In this document: positions 18,783-27,494 of the stretch, piece after piece
How the letters are laid out: the number at the start of each line of letters is the position of its first letter
How positions within the stretch are numbered: position 1 is the first letter of the stretch
NCBI GenBank assembly: GCA_050114675.1
Contig: JASFRY010000001.1
Coordinates: forward strand, 1 to 42,362
Direction of reading: 5' to 3'
Length of the DNA: 42,362 nt
Source of the DNA: Gemmatimonadota bacterium
GTDB taxonomy: Bacteria; Gemmatimonadota; Gemmatimonadetes; Longimicrobiales; Gaopeijiaceae
The notes under the pieces: generated by a model
The model's database searches: none
Told to the model about the DNA's origin: nothing
What the model saw: the letters and a program-made list of their open reading frames with translations, nothing else
Program-made: the position numbers and the translations under genes

Positions 18783-19432
18783 GGCCCGCCGCGGTGTTCG
18801 ACCTGGACGGGACCCTCATCGCGGGGACGTCGGCCGAGCGTCTCCTGGTGCCCTGGATGGTGCGGCGAGGGGTGATCGGGGTGCGCCAGCTCGGACGCTC
18901 CGCGCTGCGGGCCTTGACCCTTCCCTGGGCCGGGCGCACCCGGGCTCTCCGGAGCAACAAGCTCTGGCTCTCGGGCGTGCCGGTGGACGCGATGCTTTCG
19001 CGCATGGACGCCTTCCTGGACGATGCCGTGGCCCCCCGGTGGTGTGGGCCGGTACGCGCCCGCCTGGCGGAGCTGCGACGGGAGGGCCACGCCGTCTTCC
19101 TCCTGTCCGGGGCGCCCGAGTTCATCGTGCGGGCCGTGGGGGCGCGTCTGGGGGCGGAGGGGGTGGTGGGCACGGCCATGGAGGTCGTGGACGGCTGCTT
19201 CACGGGTGGGCTCGCCGGGCCGCACCGTTTCGCCGCGGCCAAGCCCGTGGCGCTGCACGAGCTGGCGGACGCGCATGGCCTGGACCTGGAGGCGTCGTGG
19301 GCGTTCGCCGACCACCCGAGCGACGCGGCCTTCCTGGAGTGCGTCGGCCATCCCGTGGCGGTAGGCTCCTCTCCCGAGCTCCTTCGCGTGGCCCGGGAGA
19401 GGGGGTGGGGCGTTGTGGGGTGTCAGGGATGA
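18779..19432 (+). CDS. HAD-IB family hydrolase (phosphoserine-phosphatase-like)
   Basis: The HAD motifs are VFDLDGTLI, LLSGAPEF and FADHPSD. GTG 18779 overlaps the upstream stop (GTGA). Confidence 0.8.
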   Translation: MRPAAVFDLDGTLIAGTSAERLLVPWMVRRGVIGVRQLGRSALRALTLPWAGRTRALRSNKLWLSGVPVDAMLSRMDAFLDDAVAPRWCGPVRARLAELRREGHAVFLLSGAPEFIVRAVGARLGAEGVVGTAMEVVDGCFTGGLAGPHRFAAAKPVALHELADAHGLDLEASWAFADHPSDAAFLECVGHPVAVGSSPELLRVARERGWGVVGCQG

Positions 19433-19466
19433 GCCGGGGCCGAAGGGACGGGAGCGCCGGCGATTC

Positions 19467-21227
19467 CTACCGCCGCTCCCCCAGCACCGCCGTCATGGTG
19501 ATCCGCTTCCCGTCGCGCTCCACCACCACCTTCACCACGTCGCCGGGCTTCTTGTCCCTGAGCGCGTAGGTGTAGGCGTAGATGTCGCTGATGGGCTTCC
19601 CATCGAACTCGACGATGACGTCTCCGCCCTCGAGGCCCGCCTTGGCGGCGGGGCTGTCCTCTCGTACGCCGGTGAGACGAACACCGAAGTCCCGTGGCGT
19701 CATGTCGGGGATGCTCCCGAAGTAGGGGCCGTATCCCCGGGATGCTTCGCCTTCGGCGGGAGCCGCCGGCCGTTCCTGCTTCACGGGCGTCAGCGACATG
19801 GCGACCTGGGCGCCGCCGCCGGCCAGGCGGCGGGTGATGCCGGTGGCCAGCTCGGCGATGCGGTCGATGCCGTCGCCGTCGATCTTCTGCCAGTCGTCGG
19901 TGGGACGGTGGTAGTCCGCGTGCGTATTGGTGAAGAAGTGGAGCACTGGAATCCCGGCGGCGGTGAACGACGCGTGGTCCGAGGGTCCGTAGCCGTCGGG
20001 GGAGAAGGCCAGCTTCAGTGGCTTTGCCAGGGCGCTGTCGGCGCTGGTGGCCACGGTCTCCCACTCCACCGCCGTTCCCGTACCGAAGACCGTCACGGTG
20101 TTCTCCACCAGCCGGCCCACCATGTCGAGATTGAGCATGGCCTGGGCGTGGCTCAGGTCCACGGTGGGGTGGGCCACGTAGTGGGCCGAGCCCCACAAGC
20201 CCTTCTCCTCGCCGGTGAAGGCGATGAACACCACGCTTCGCGACGGCGGCATGCCCCGGGCCAGGCGGCCCGCGATGTCCAGCAGGCCGGCCACGCCGCT
20301 GGCGTTGTCGTCGGCGCCGTTGTGCACCTCGTGGACGTCCGGAGCCAGGGATCCCTCACCGCCCCATCCCAGGTGGTCGAAGTGGGCGCCGATGATGACG
20401 TACTCGTTCTTCTGGCTCGGGTCGCTGCCGGGCAACATGGCCACCACGTTGCGCGCCTCGGCGGTGGTGGGGTGTACGTCGGTCACCAGGTGCGCTTCCG
20501 CTCCGTCACGTGCCGCATCCCGCACCGCGCCGGCGGACGCGCCCGATACGACACCGACGGGGATGGAGAGGGCGTTCCGGACCTCCTCTGCCAGGGAGGG
20601 GAGCTCCATGCTGTCGGGCAGCAACACGAGAAGTCCCGCCGCATGCCGCCCGGCGGCCACCGTGGCCTTGAAGTGGGGGTCGGCGCGGAGGCCGTGGCTG
20701 CTCTGCGCATCAGGGTCGCCCCACTCCACCACCGCCACCTTTCCGGTGAGATCCGCGTGGGCGTAGGCGTCGTCGGGCTCACCGGGGCGACTCACCCCGT
20801 ATCCCGCATAGACGAGCGTCCCATCGATGGTGTCGTTTGCCGAGAAGCCCAGGGGCGTCCAGTCCTTGTCCGCAAGGTAGGCCGCCCCGGCGATGCCCAG
20901 CTCGTTGTCCTGGCCCAGCGCAGCACCCTTGCGCACCTCGAAGGTCTGGAAGAAGGAGCCCTGGTCCCCAGCGGGCTCGAGACCCAGTGCGCGGAAGTGC
21001 GCGGCGATATATTCTGCGGCACAACGGGCTCCGGGGGATCCCACCTCCCGCCCTTCGAGGGCGTCGTCGGCCAGGTAACGAACGTAGGCCAGCGGGGTAG
21101 GCATGCCGGCGTTGATGTTTCCGGGTACCGGACAGGTTTGGGTCTGGCCCGCCGACGGGGTCGGCAGGGCAGCCAGGAGCGCCAGGAGGATCGGCACGGA
21201 AGCGTGCCGCCATGCGCGGAGCAACAT
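19467..21227 (-). CDS. Secreted M28 family aminopeptidase with PA domain and C-terminal PDZ domain
   Basis: The signal peptide reads MLLRAWRHASVPILLALLAALPTPSAGQ. M28 motifs are GAHFDHLG, GADDNASGVAG, FTGEEKGLWGS, NLDMVG and PSDHASF. The PDZ-like tail reads GVREDSPAAKAGLEGGDVIVEFDGKPI. The ORF extension to 22100 is antisense to the next gene and is rejected. Confidence 0.88.
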   Translation of the reverse strand: MLLRAWRHASVPILLALLAALPTPSAGQTQTCPVPGNINAGMPTPLAYVRYLADDALEGREVGSPGARCAAEYIAAHFRALGLEPAGDQGSFFQTFEVRKGAALGQDNELGIAGAAYLADKDWTPLGFSANDTIDGTLVYAGYGVSRPGEPDDAYAHADLTGKVAVVEWGDPDAQSSHGLRADPHFKATVAAGRHAAGLLVLLPDSMELPSLAEEVRNALSIPVGVVSGASAGAVRDAARDGAEAHLVTDVHPTTAEARNVVAMLPGSDPSQKNEYVIIGAHFDHLGWGGEGSLAPDVHEVHNGADDNASGVAGLLDIAGRLARGMPPSRSVVFIAFTGEEKGLWGSAHYVAHPTVDLSHAQAMLNLDMVGRLVENTVTVFGTGTAVEWETVATSADSALAKPLKLAFSPDGYGPSDHASFTAAGIPVLHFFTNTHADYHRPTDDWQKIDGDGIDRIAELATGITRRLAGGGAQVAMSLTPVKQERPAAPAEGEASRGYGPYFGSIPDMTPRDFGVRLTGVREDSPAAKAGLEGGDVIVEFDGKPISDIYAYTYALRDKKPGDVVKVVVERDGKRITMTAVLGERR

Positions 21228-21254
21228 CGTAGACCTTCCCCAAGGACAAGGTTC

Positions 21255-22340
21255 GTGAATCATCGATCTCTCGAGCTCGCCGTCATCCTCGCCGTGACGC
21301 TGTCGGCTTGTGCACCCCGGGAGGCGGCGGAAGACGCCTCCTCGGGCGAAGCCCAGGCCGACCAGCTCGTCCAGGAGGGCGAGGTCCACCTCAAGAACGT
21401 CCGTCAGCTCACCTTCGGTGGAGAGAACGCCGAGGCGTACTACGCGTTCGACGGGTCCAAGCTCATCTACCAGGCGAAGAAGCCCGGCATGGCGTGCGAC
21501 CAGATCTTCATCATGGATCTGGCCACCGGCGACTCCCACATGGTCAGCACCGGAGAGGGCCGCACGACATGCTCGTACTTCTACCCGTCGGGTGACGAGA
21601 TCCTCTATTCGTCCACCCACCTGGCCGGGGCGGCATGTCCCCCCGAGCCCGACTTCTCCATGGGCTATGTCTGGCCCATCTACAAAAGCTACGACATCTT
21701 CCGCGCCAATGTGGATGGGTCGAACCTCCGCCAGCTCACCAGCGCGGAGGGCTACGACGCCGAGGCTACCTTCAGCCCGGTGGGCGACCGCATCGTCTTC
21801 ACCAGCGATCGGGACGGGGACCTGGAGCTCTACACCATGCTCCCCGACGGCTCCGATGTGCAGCGCCTGACCCACAAGGTCGGCTATGACGGGGGCGCCT
21901 TCTACTCCCCCGACGGTTCCAGGATCGTGTGGCGCGCCCACTACCCCGAGGAGGGTGAGGAGCAGGACGACTACCTCGGCCTGCTGAACCAGGGGCTCAT
22001 CCGGCCCGGCGAGCTGGAGATCATGGTCATGAACGCCGACGGCTCGGACCAGCACCAGATCACGAACCTGGGCGGGGCGAGCTTCGCGCCGTATTGGCAC
22101 CCGTCGGGCGAGAAGATCATCTTCAGCTCCAACTACCTGGATCCCGAGGGACGCGAGTTCGATCTCTTCATGGTGAACGTAGACGGGACCGGGCTCGAGC
22201 AGATCACCTTCTCCGAGGGATTCGACGGCTTCCCGGTCTTCAGCCCCGATGGGAAGCAGCTCGTGTTCGCGTCGAACCGGAACAACGGCGGGGAGAACCA
22301 GACGAACATCTTCCTGGCGGATTGGGTGGAGAATCCCTGA
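21255..22340 (+). CDS. TolB-like beta-propeller lipoprotein (PD40/WD40-like repeats)
   Basis: GTG 21255 opens a product with lipobox LAVTLSAC. Repeated FSPDG/YSPDG-type PD40 blades follow (TFSPVGDRIVFTSDRDG, FYSPDGSRIVW, WHPSGEKIIFSS, VFSPDGKQLVFASNR). Confidence 0.8.
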   Translation: MNHRSLELAVILAVTLSACAPREAAEDASSGEAQADQLVQEGEVHLKNVRQLTFGGENAEAYYAFDGSKLIYQAKKPGMACDQIFIMDLATGDSHMVSTGEGRTTCSYFYPSGDEILYSSTHLAGAACPPEPDFSMGYVWPIYKSYDIFRANVDGSNLRQLTSAEGYDAEATFSPVGDRIVFTSDRDGDLELYTMLPDGSDVQRLTHKVGYDGGAFYSPDGSRIVWRAHYPEEGEEQDDYLGLLNQGLIRPGELEIMVMNADGSDQHQITNLGGASFAPYWHPSGEKIIFSSNYLDPEGREFDLFMVNVDGTGLEQITFSEGFDGFPVFSPDGKQLVFASNRNNGGENQTNIFLADWVENP

Positions 22341-22475
22341 CAGGAGGGCTTTTCTTCCTTCGCGGGCCGGCCCTCCACGCGCCGGTCACGGGCTCGCTCG
22401 GGACGCTTCGCGAGCGTCGCTCACCGCCGACGTCGGCGGCCGGGGCCTCTTCCTGTCCGGGTCCTCCTGTCAGGG
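22335..22475. repeat. 13-bp perfect inverted repeat pair flanking a 16-bp palindrome
   Basis: CCCTGACAGGAGG (22335-22347, overlapping the TolB-like stop) is the reverse complement of CCTCCTGTCAGGG (22463-22475). CCGCCGACGTCGGCGG at 22424-22439 is a perfect palindrome. Confidence 0.6.
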
Positions 22476-22521
22476 CGTTCTTGTTGGGCGGGCCCGGCGC
22501 TTCGCGAGCGTCGCTCACCGC
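22405..22521. repeat. Two perfect 23-bp direct repeats, 94 bp apart
   Basis: GCTTCGCGAGCGTCGCTCACCGC occurs at 22405-22427 and 22499-22521. Each copy contains the 5-1-5 palindrome GAGCG-T-CGCTC, and GCGGCCGG follows 8-9 nt after each copy. Confidence 0.7.
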
Positions 22522-22545
22522 ATACCCCGAGCGGCCGGCGACCTG

Positions 22546-23199
22546 CTAGCGGCTTCCGTCCTCGGAGAGCTTCCGTAGCTCGGAGTCGGGATAGAGCTCG
22601 AGGAACTGCGTCAGGATCCGGTACGTGAGTCCCCACACGATCTCGTCCACCACCTGGAAGCAGGGAAAGGTGCGGGTGCCACCGGGGAGGGGGATCTCCA
22701 CTTTCCCGTGGGTCGCGGGGGCGCGCAGTCGGTCCAGGGTGACCCAGTGGACGGCGTCGATCTCCCGGCTGGCGACCCGGGCACCGGTGCCGGCGGGGAC
22801 GCCGTAGACGAACGGCGCGATGGTGAGCTTGGGCAGGCGCACGCTCCCCGGGGCCACCTCGTCGAGGCGACCCAGGGCGATGCCGCCTCCCGCCAGGTCC
22901 ACGCCCGTCTCCTCGCGGGTCTCCCGTACGGCCGTGTCCTGGAGCGTGGCATCGGTGGGGTCCCGCCGGCCTCCGGGGAGCGCCATGTGTCCCGACCACG
23001 GGTCACGCTCCGAGCGGGCCCGCTTGATGAGGAGGAGCTCCAGGTGCTCGTTCGCCCGGATGACGAGGCTCACCGCCGCCTGGAGGAAGTCGGGATCGGG
23101 GGGCGGTGGGTCGTCGGCGTCGGCGGCGTAGGAGGCCAGGGCTTCGCTGAGCAGCCAGAATCGGGGATCGGTCTCCAGAGGGTTCTCCGGGGTGCTCAT
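22546..23199 (-). CDS. NUDIX hydrolase, CoA-pyrophosphatase-like
   Basis: The Nudix box reads GGRRDPTDATLQDTAVRETREETG. It is preceded by LLLIKRARSERDPWSGHMALPGG, which resembles the NuCoA signature. ATG 23199 overlaps the queE stop (ATGA). Confidence 0.8.
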   Translation of the reverse strand: MSTPENPLETDPRFWLLSEALASYAADADDPPPPDPDFLQAAVSLVIRANEHLELLLIKRARSERDPWSGHMALPGGRRDPTDATLQDTAVRETREETGVDLAGGGIALGRLDEVAPGSVRLPKLTIAPFVYGVPAGTGARVASREIDAVHWVTLDRLRAPATHGKVEIPLPGGTRTFPCFQVVDEIVWGLTYRILTQFLELYPDSELRKLSEDGSR

Positions 23200-23894
23200 A
23201 CGCCGGTCCTCTCCGGTCCCCAGATCAGCTTGTGCAGCTGCATCTGGAAGCGCACGGGAAGGGCATCCTCCAGGATCCAGCTCGCCAGCTCCTCCAGGTC
23301 CACCTCGCTCCAGACGGGAGAGATCAGGAGGGCACGCAGGGTGCCTTCGCCTACGCGGCGATCCAGACCCCGCTCGCGGATGACATCCCGGGTCCACTCG
23401 TAGTCCGTACGATCCTTCACCACGAACTTGACCTCGTCCCGGGCCGTGAGGTGATCCAGGTTGCTCCACAGGTTCCGGTGGCTCTCCCCCGATCCGGGGC
23501 ACTTGAGATCCATGATCCGGTGCGCCCGCGCGTCCAGGGGGGCCACGTCGAAGGCGCCCGATGTCTCCACCAGCACCGTGTGCCCCGTATCCAGGAGCAT
23601 GCGCACCAGGTCGAAGGCGTTGGCGTGGGCCAGGGGCTCTCCTCCCGTCACCTCCACCAAGGGCGTGCCCACCGCGCGGACCCTGGCGACGATGTCGTCC
23701 AGGGTCATTCGCTCGCCGCCCTCGAAGGCGTACGCGGTGTCACACCATACGCACCGCAGCGGGCACCCCGTGAGGCGCACGAATGTGCAGGGCAGTCCCG
23801 CCCACGTGGACTCACCCTGGATCGAGTGGAAGATCTCCGTGACCCGGAGGAAGGGCTTTCGCTGAGAGGTCGGCGGGGAGGCGCCTGGAGCCAA
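23196..23894 (-). CDS. queE: 7-carboxy-7-deazaguanine synthase (radical SAM)
   Basis: The product reads LRVTEIFHSIQGESTWAGLPCTFVRLTGCPLRCVWCDTAYAF (CxxxCxxC) and carries EVTGGEP. The only plausible start is TTG 23894, preceded by GGGAGGAG at 9 nt and lying 2 nt after the upstream stop. Confidence 0.85.
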   Translation of the reverse strand: MAPGASPPTSQRKPFLRVTEIFHSIQGESTWAGLPCTFVRLTGCPLRCVWCDTAYAFEGGERMTLDDIVARVRAVGTPLVEVTGGEPLAHANAFDLVRMLLDTGHTVLVETSGAFDVAPLDARAHRIMDLKCPGSGESHRNLWSNLDHLTARDEVKFVVKDRTDYEWTRDVIRERGLDRRVGEGTLRALLISPVWSEVDLEELASWILEDALPVRFQMQLHKLIWGPERTGV

Positions 23895-23896
23895 GG

Positions 23897-24859
23897 TCAG
23901 GAGCTCCTCCCGTCCCGCCCCCCGGGCCACAGGAACCCCAGGGGGCTCTCCTTCACCACGCTGCCTGCCATGAAGAGCATGTTGGCGGGCCGTTCGGCCA
24001 GGCGGCGCATGAGGTAGGGGTACCAGTGGGAGCCGAACGGGATGTAGACGCGCACGTTGAAGCCGTCGCCCACCAGTCCCTGTTGGAGGTCGCGGCGCAC
24101 CCCGTAGAGCATCTGGAACTCGAAATCGGCCTTGGGGATGCCCTCCTTCTGATGGAAGGAGACGGCGGCGTCGATCATGGCCTCGTCGTGGGTGGCGATG
24201 GCCGGGTAGTTCCCGTGGGCCAGGAGCATCCGGGTGAGCTCCACGTAGCTCCGGTCCACGTCTGCCCTGTTCTTGAAGGCCACCTCCGGGGGCTCGTTGT
24301 AGGCGCCTTTGCAAAGGCGGACCCGGGCCCCCAGCTCGTTCATGCGGGCCACGTCGCCGGCGCTCCGCTTGAGGTAGGATTGGAGCACCACGCCGATGTT
24401 TCGCCAGCCCTCGGCCCACAGCTTCTCGAAGGCGTCCAGGGTAGGCTGGGTGTACTCCGACGACTCCATGTCGAAGCGGATGAAGCCGTCCTCGGCTCCT
24501 CGGGCGCGCTCGAGGATGGGCGTCAGATTCTCGGCCAGGAACGCCTCGGAGATATCCTGGCCCAGGGACGTGAACTTCATGGAGACGTTGGGCTCCAGGC
24601 CTTCCGCCTCGAGGCGTTCCAGCATCTGGCGGTAGGCGTCGGCGGCCAGGCGGGCGTTGGCCTCGTCGTGGACCGATTCGCCCAGGAAGTTGCTGGTGGC
24701 GGTGAGGCCGTCGGCGTTGGCGCGACGAATGGCGCCGATGAGATCGCCGAGGCTGTCCCCTGGCACGAAACGGCGGCTCAGGCCCCGGAGCGGTGTCTTG
24801 GTCACAACGGCCTTGGCGGCCCTGGAATGGCTCAGGAAGATCAGGCCCTCTCGAAGCAT
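23897..24859 (-). CDS. Proline dehydrogenase (monofunctional PutA-type catalytic domain)
   Basis: The PRODH family pattern is present: VSMKFTSLG, IRFDMESS, VLQSYLKRS, VRLCKGAY, IATHDE, FEFQMLYGV and the C-terminal YLMRRLAERPAN. The start is ATG 24859. Confidence 0.88.
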   Translation of the reverse strand: MLREGLIFLSHSRAAKAVVTKTPLRGLSRRFVPGDSLGDLIGAIRRANADGLTATSNFLGESVHDEANARLAADAYRQMLERLEAEGLEPNVSMKFTSLGQDISEAFLAENLTPILERARGAEDGFIRFDMESSEYTQPTLDAFEKLWAEGWRNIGVVLQSYLKRSAGDVARMNELGARVRLCKGAYNEPPEVAFKNRADVDRSYVELTRMLLAHGNYPAIATHDEAMIDAAVSFHQKEGIPKADFEFQMLYGVRRDLQQGLVGDGFNVRVYIPFGSHWYPYLMRRLAERPANMLFMAGSVVKESPLGFLWPGGRDGRSS

Positions 24860-24866
24860 GGATCCT

Positions 24867-25229
24867 TCAGAAGTTGATGTCGCGTTTGGCCAACGCATCC
24901 TCCAGGATGTGCTGGACCTCGAGGAGGGTCAGTGCGCCCAGTCGCGCCCGGGCGTCCCGCTCGCTTCGACACTCGGCGAGCGTGGCGCTCTCCACATGCC
25001 CGATGATGCCCACGCCGGTCTGGGCCCAGCGTGGAAATACCAGATAGCCCTGGTACGGGGCACGGAGGTCGGCGGTGCGCTCCACCTCCATGGAGACGGT
25101 GTAGGGGTGACCGTCGGACCCCTCGAACGCCGGAGGCCGGTCGTGGACCTCCAGGTACCCGCCCAGGGTGCCGTCCTGGGGAGGCGCAGCGTCGGGCGAG
25201 GTCTCGGGTGCCGGGTCGGTTCCGCTCAT
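24867..25229 (-). CDS. Hypothetical protein (120 aa), first gene of the PRODH-queE-NUDIX operon
   Basis: The ORF tail MSGTDPAPETSPD...HILEDALAKRDINF is protein-like, while the longer ORF to 25682 is Arg/Pro-rich. No motif is recognised. Confidence 0.5.
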   Translation of the reverse strand: MSGTDPAPETSPDAAPPQDGTLGGYLEVHDRPPAFEGSDGHPYTVSMEVERTADLRAPYQGYLVFPRWAQTGVGIIGHVESATLAECRSERDARARLGALTLLEVQHILEDALAKRDINF

Positions 25230-25423
25230 CGAATCCGTTCGAAGGCAATGACAGCGGCCGCCGCCGGGCGGCGTATCAAGATAGCGCGAGTCCCGCAGAG
25301 GGCGCAGGGCCGCCTGGAGGGTGAGGCCCGCGTGGCGGTGGTGGGGCGCAGGCCTGCACCCGGTTGTGGCCCGGGGGTGCGGGTGGGTACCCTTCAAGGC
25401 TGGCCCCCATGGAGTTCGACACG

Positions 25424-26464
25424 ATGTCTCAAGAGATGCGCGCAGCGATCTTCTCCGAATTCGGCGGTCCCGAGGTCGTCGGCCTTCAGACCGTACCGGT
25501 TCCCGAGCCCGGCCCAGGACAGGTCCGCCTCGCCGTCGAGGCGGCATCGATGAACCACCTGGACCTCTGGGTCCGACGGGGACTTCCCATCGAGACCCCC
25601 ATGCCCCACATCGGAGGGTCCGACATCGCCGGTGTCGTGGACGCTCTGGGTCCCGGCGTGACCGGGGTACCCGAAGGAGCACGCGTCGTGGTGGATCCTT
25701 CTCTGGACTACGACTGGTACGACGGCGAAGAGCAGGGTCCTGGATTCGAGCGCCGGCCTCTCCGGCTCCTCGGGGAGCACTCCCAGGGCGGCTTCGCCGA
25801 ATACGCCGTCGTGCCGGCCGCCAATCTTCTGGCCATTCCGGACGGCTTCTCTTCCGAGGAGGCGGCCGCCGCGGGCCTGGTGTTCGTCACGGCGTGGCGA
25901 GGGCTCATGAGCCGCGCCCGGCTTCAGGCAGGGGAGCGTGTCCTCATCACGGGCGCGTCGGGTGGGGTCTCCACGGCGGCCATCCAGATCGCCAAGATGG
26001 CCGGTGCCAAGGTGTACGCCCTCACGTCCGGTCCGGACAACGTCCGCCGGGTCACCGAGCTCGGTGCCGACGTGGTCTACGACCGGAGGCGGGTGGACGA
26101 CTTCTCCCGGGAGCTGTGGTACGACACGGGCAAGAAGGGCGTCCATGTGGTCTTCGACGCCGTGGGTGAGGCGATCTGGCCCCAGTGCCTCAAGGCCCTG
26201 GGCGTCGGTGGGCGCCTGGTCACCTACGGCGCCACAACCGGGGCCCGGGGGAGCACGGAGATCCGCGTGGTGTTCTGGAAGCAGCTCTCCATTCTCGGGA
26301 GCACCATGGGCACGCCCACGGAATACAGGCGGGTCATGGGGCACGTCTTCGAAGGCCGGCTCAAGCCCATCATCCACGAAGTGATCCCTCTGGATCAGGC
26401 GCGCAGGGCCCACGAGCTGCTGGAGTCGGGCGACGTCTTCGGGAAGCTGGTGCTGGTGCCGTGA
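25424..26464 (+). CDS. Zinc-type/MDR-family NAD(P)-dependent oxidoreductase (quinone oxidoreductase-like)
   Basis: The GroES-like N-terminal region has GGSDIAGVV, and the Rossmann motif reads LITGASGGVSTAAIQIAKMAGAKVYA. The C-terminus is GKLVLVP. The start is ATG 25424, 25436 or 25409. Confidence 0.85.
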   Translation: MSQEMRAAIFSEFGGPEVVGLQTVPVPEPGPGQVRLAVEAASMNHLDLWVRRGLPIETPMPHIGGSDIAGVVDALGPGVTGVPEGARVVVDPSLDYDWYDGEEQGPGFERRPLRLLGEHSQGGFAEYAVVPAANLLAIPDGFSSEEAAAAGLVFVTAWRGLMSRARLQAGERVLITGASGGVSTAAIQIAKMAGAKVYALTSGPDNVRRVTELGADVVYDRRRVDDFSRELWYDTGKKGVHVVFDAVGEAIWPQCLKALGVGGRLVTYGATTGARGSTEIRVVFWKQLSILGSTMGTPTEYRRVMGHVFEGRLKPIIHEVIPLDQARRAHELLESGDVFGKLVLVP

Positions 26465-26543
26465 GGTGGGACGGAGGGATGACCCGTCGGGACAGCAGCA
26501 GGCCCCCCGGGTGGGAAGATGACCCCGGCCGTGGGGCGGCCCC

Positions 26544-26894
26544 ATGGACCTGAGGGAAGCCCAGCGGCGGGTCGACGCGTGGATCTCCCAGTTCGAGGAG
26601 GGCTACTGGCCGCCCCTTTCCAACCTGGCGCGCCTCACCGAGGAGGTGGGAGAGCTGGCCCGGCTCATGAATCACCGCTTCGGCCACAAGCCCAAGAAGG
26701 CCGGGGAGGCGGAGCAGGAGCTGGCCCTGGAGCTCGCCGACGTGCTGTTCGTTCTCCTTGTCATTGCGAACGAGCAGGGCATCGACCTGGGAGAGGCGCT
26801 GGAGCGCACGCTCGAAAAGTACCGGACGCGTGACGCCGACCGCTGGACGCGGAAAGACGCTCCGGCGCAGGACACCGCTACGACTCCCGACTGA
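26544..26894 (+). CDS. MazG-like nucleotide pyrophosphohydrolase domain protein
   Basis: 116 aa with LTEEVGELARL and ELALELADVLFVLLVIANEQGIDL, which are typical of small MazG/YpjD-type proteins. Confidence 0.8.
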   Translation: MDLREAQRRVDAWISQFEEGYWPPLSNLARLTEEVGELARLMNHRFGHKPKKAGEAEQELALELADVLFVLLVIANEQGIDLGEALERTLEKYRTRDADRWTRKDAPAQDTATTPD

Positions 26895-26945
26895 TCCCGG
26901 CTCCGGGGCGCCGGGCGATCCCCGGGACCGGGCGGCGCCTGACGC

Positions 26946-27494
26946 TCAGCGTCCCGACACCGCGCCGTAGCGGAGGAGGGTCGAGGCCACCGTGCCGTCG
27001 GCGCCGATCACGACCTGGTACAGTCGGTCGAACTCGTAGCTTTCGTTGATGGGCTCACCCGGATCTCCACCCAGGAGACCCACAAGCTCCGGGGTGGTGT
27101 TGCTGTGTCCCGCCACGACGAAGCGGCCGGGGGTGTGCTTCAGGCGGTCGGCCAGGCCGGGCAGGTTCCGAGGGTCGTAGGTCTTCACCGTGAGCCCGAG
27201 GGCGTCGGCAAGGGGCGTCACCGTCTGCCGGGTCCGGTGGAAGTCGGTGCTGAGGATCTCGGTGATGCCCGCCTGCTCGAGAACGTGACGCAGGGCGAGG
27301 GCGCGCGTCTGTCCGGCCAGGTTGAGCTCGGGATCCCGGCTGGCTCCGGCGCCCATGGCGGCCATGGTGGGCTCGGCGTGCCGGACGAGGTAGACGACCG
27401 TCTGGGCGCCGCCATCCGCGGGCGCCACGAGGGCCAGGACCGCGGCGGCAAGCAGCGCGATCAGGTGCGGGTATCCGCCAGGGCGTCGACGCAT
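26946..27494 (-). CDS. Secreted histidine phosphatase superfamily protein (SixA/PGM branch)
   Basis: The signal peptide reads LIALLAAAVLALVAPADGGAQ. The catalytic RHAE lies in VYLVRHAEP, and a second His lies in VVAGHSNT. It overlaps the upstream gene end by 34 nt. Confidence 0.75.
   Translation of the reverse strand: MRRRPGGYPHLIALLAAAVLALVAPADGGAQTVVYLVRHAEPTMAAMGAGASRDPELNLAGQTRALALRHVLEQAGITEILSTDFHRTRQTVTPLADALGLTVKTYDPRNLPGLADRLKHTPGRFVVAGHSNTTPELVGLLGGDPGEPINESYEFDRLYQVVIGADGTVASTLLRYGAVSGR

Noticed and set aside
19413-21254. 5' two-thirds of the 975-aa plus-strand ORF, and reciprocally the 21228-22100 extension of the 877-aa minus-strand ORF
   Set aside because: Each extension is antisense to a well-supported gene (the M28 peptidase or the TolB-like propeller) and encodes Arg/Gly/His-rich low-complexity sequence. 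Signal peptides and lipobox define the real starts at 21227 (-) and 21255 (+).
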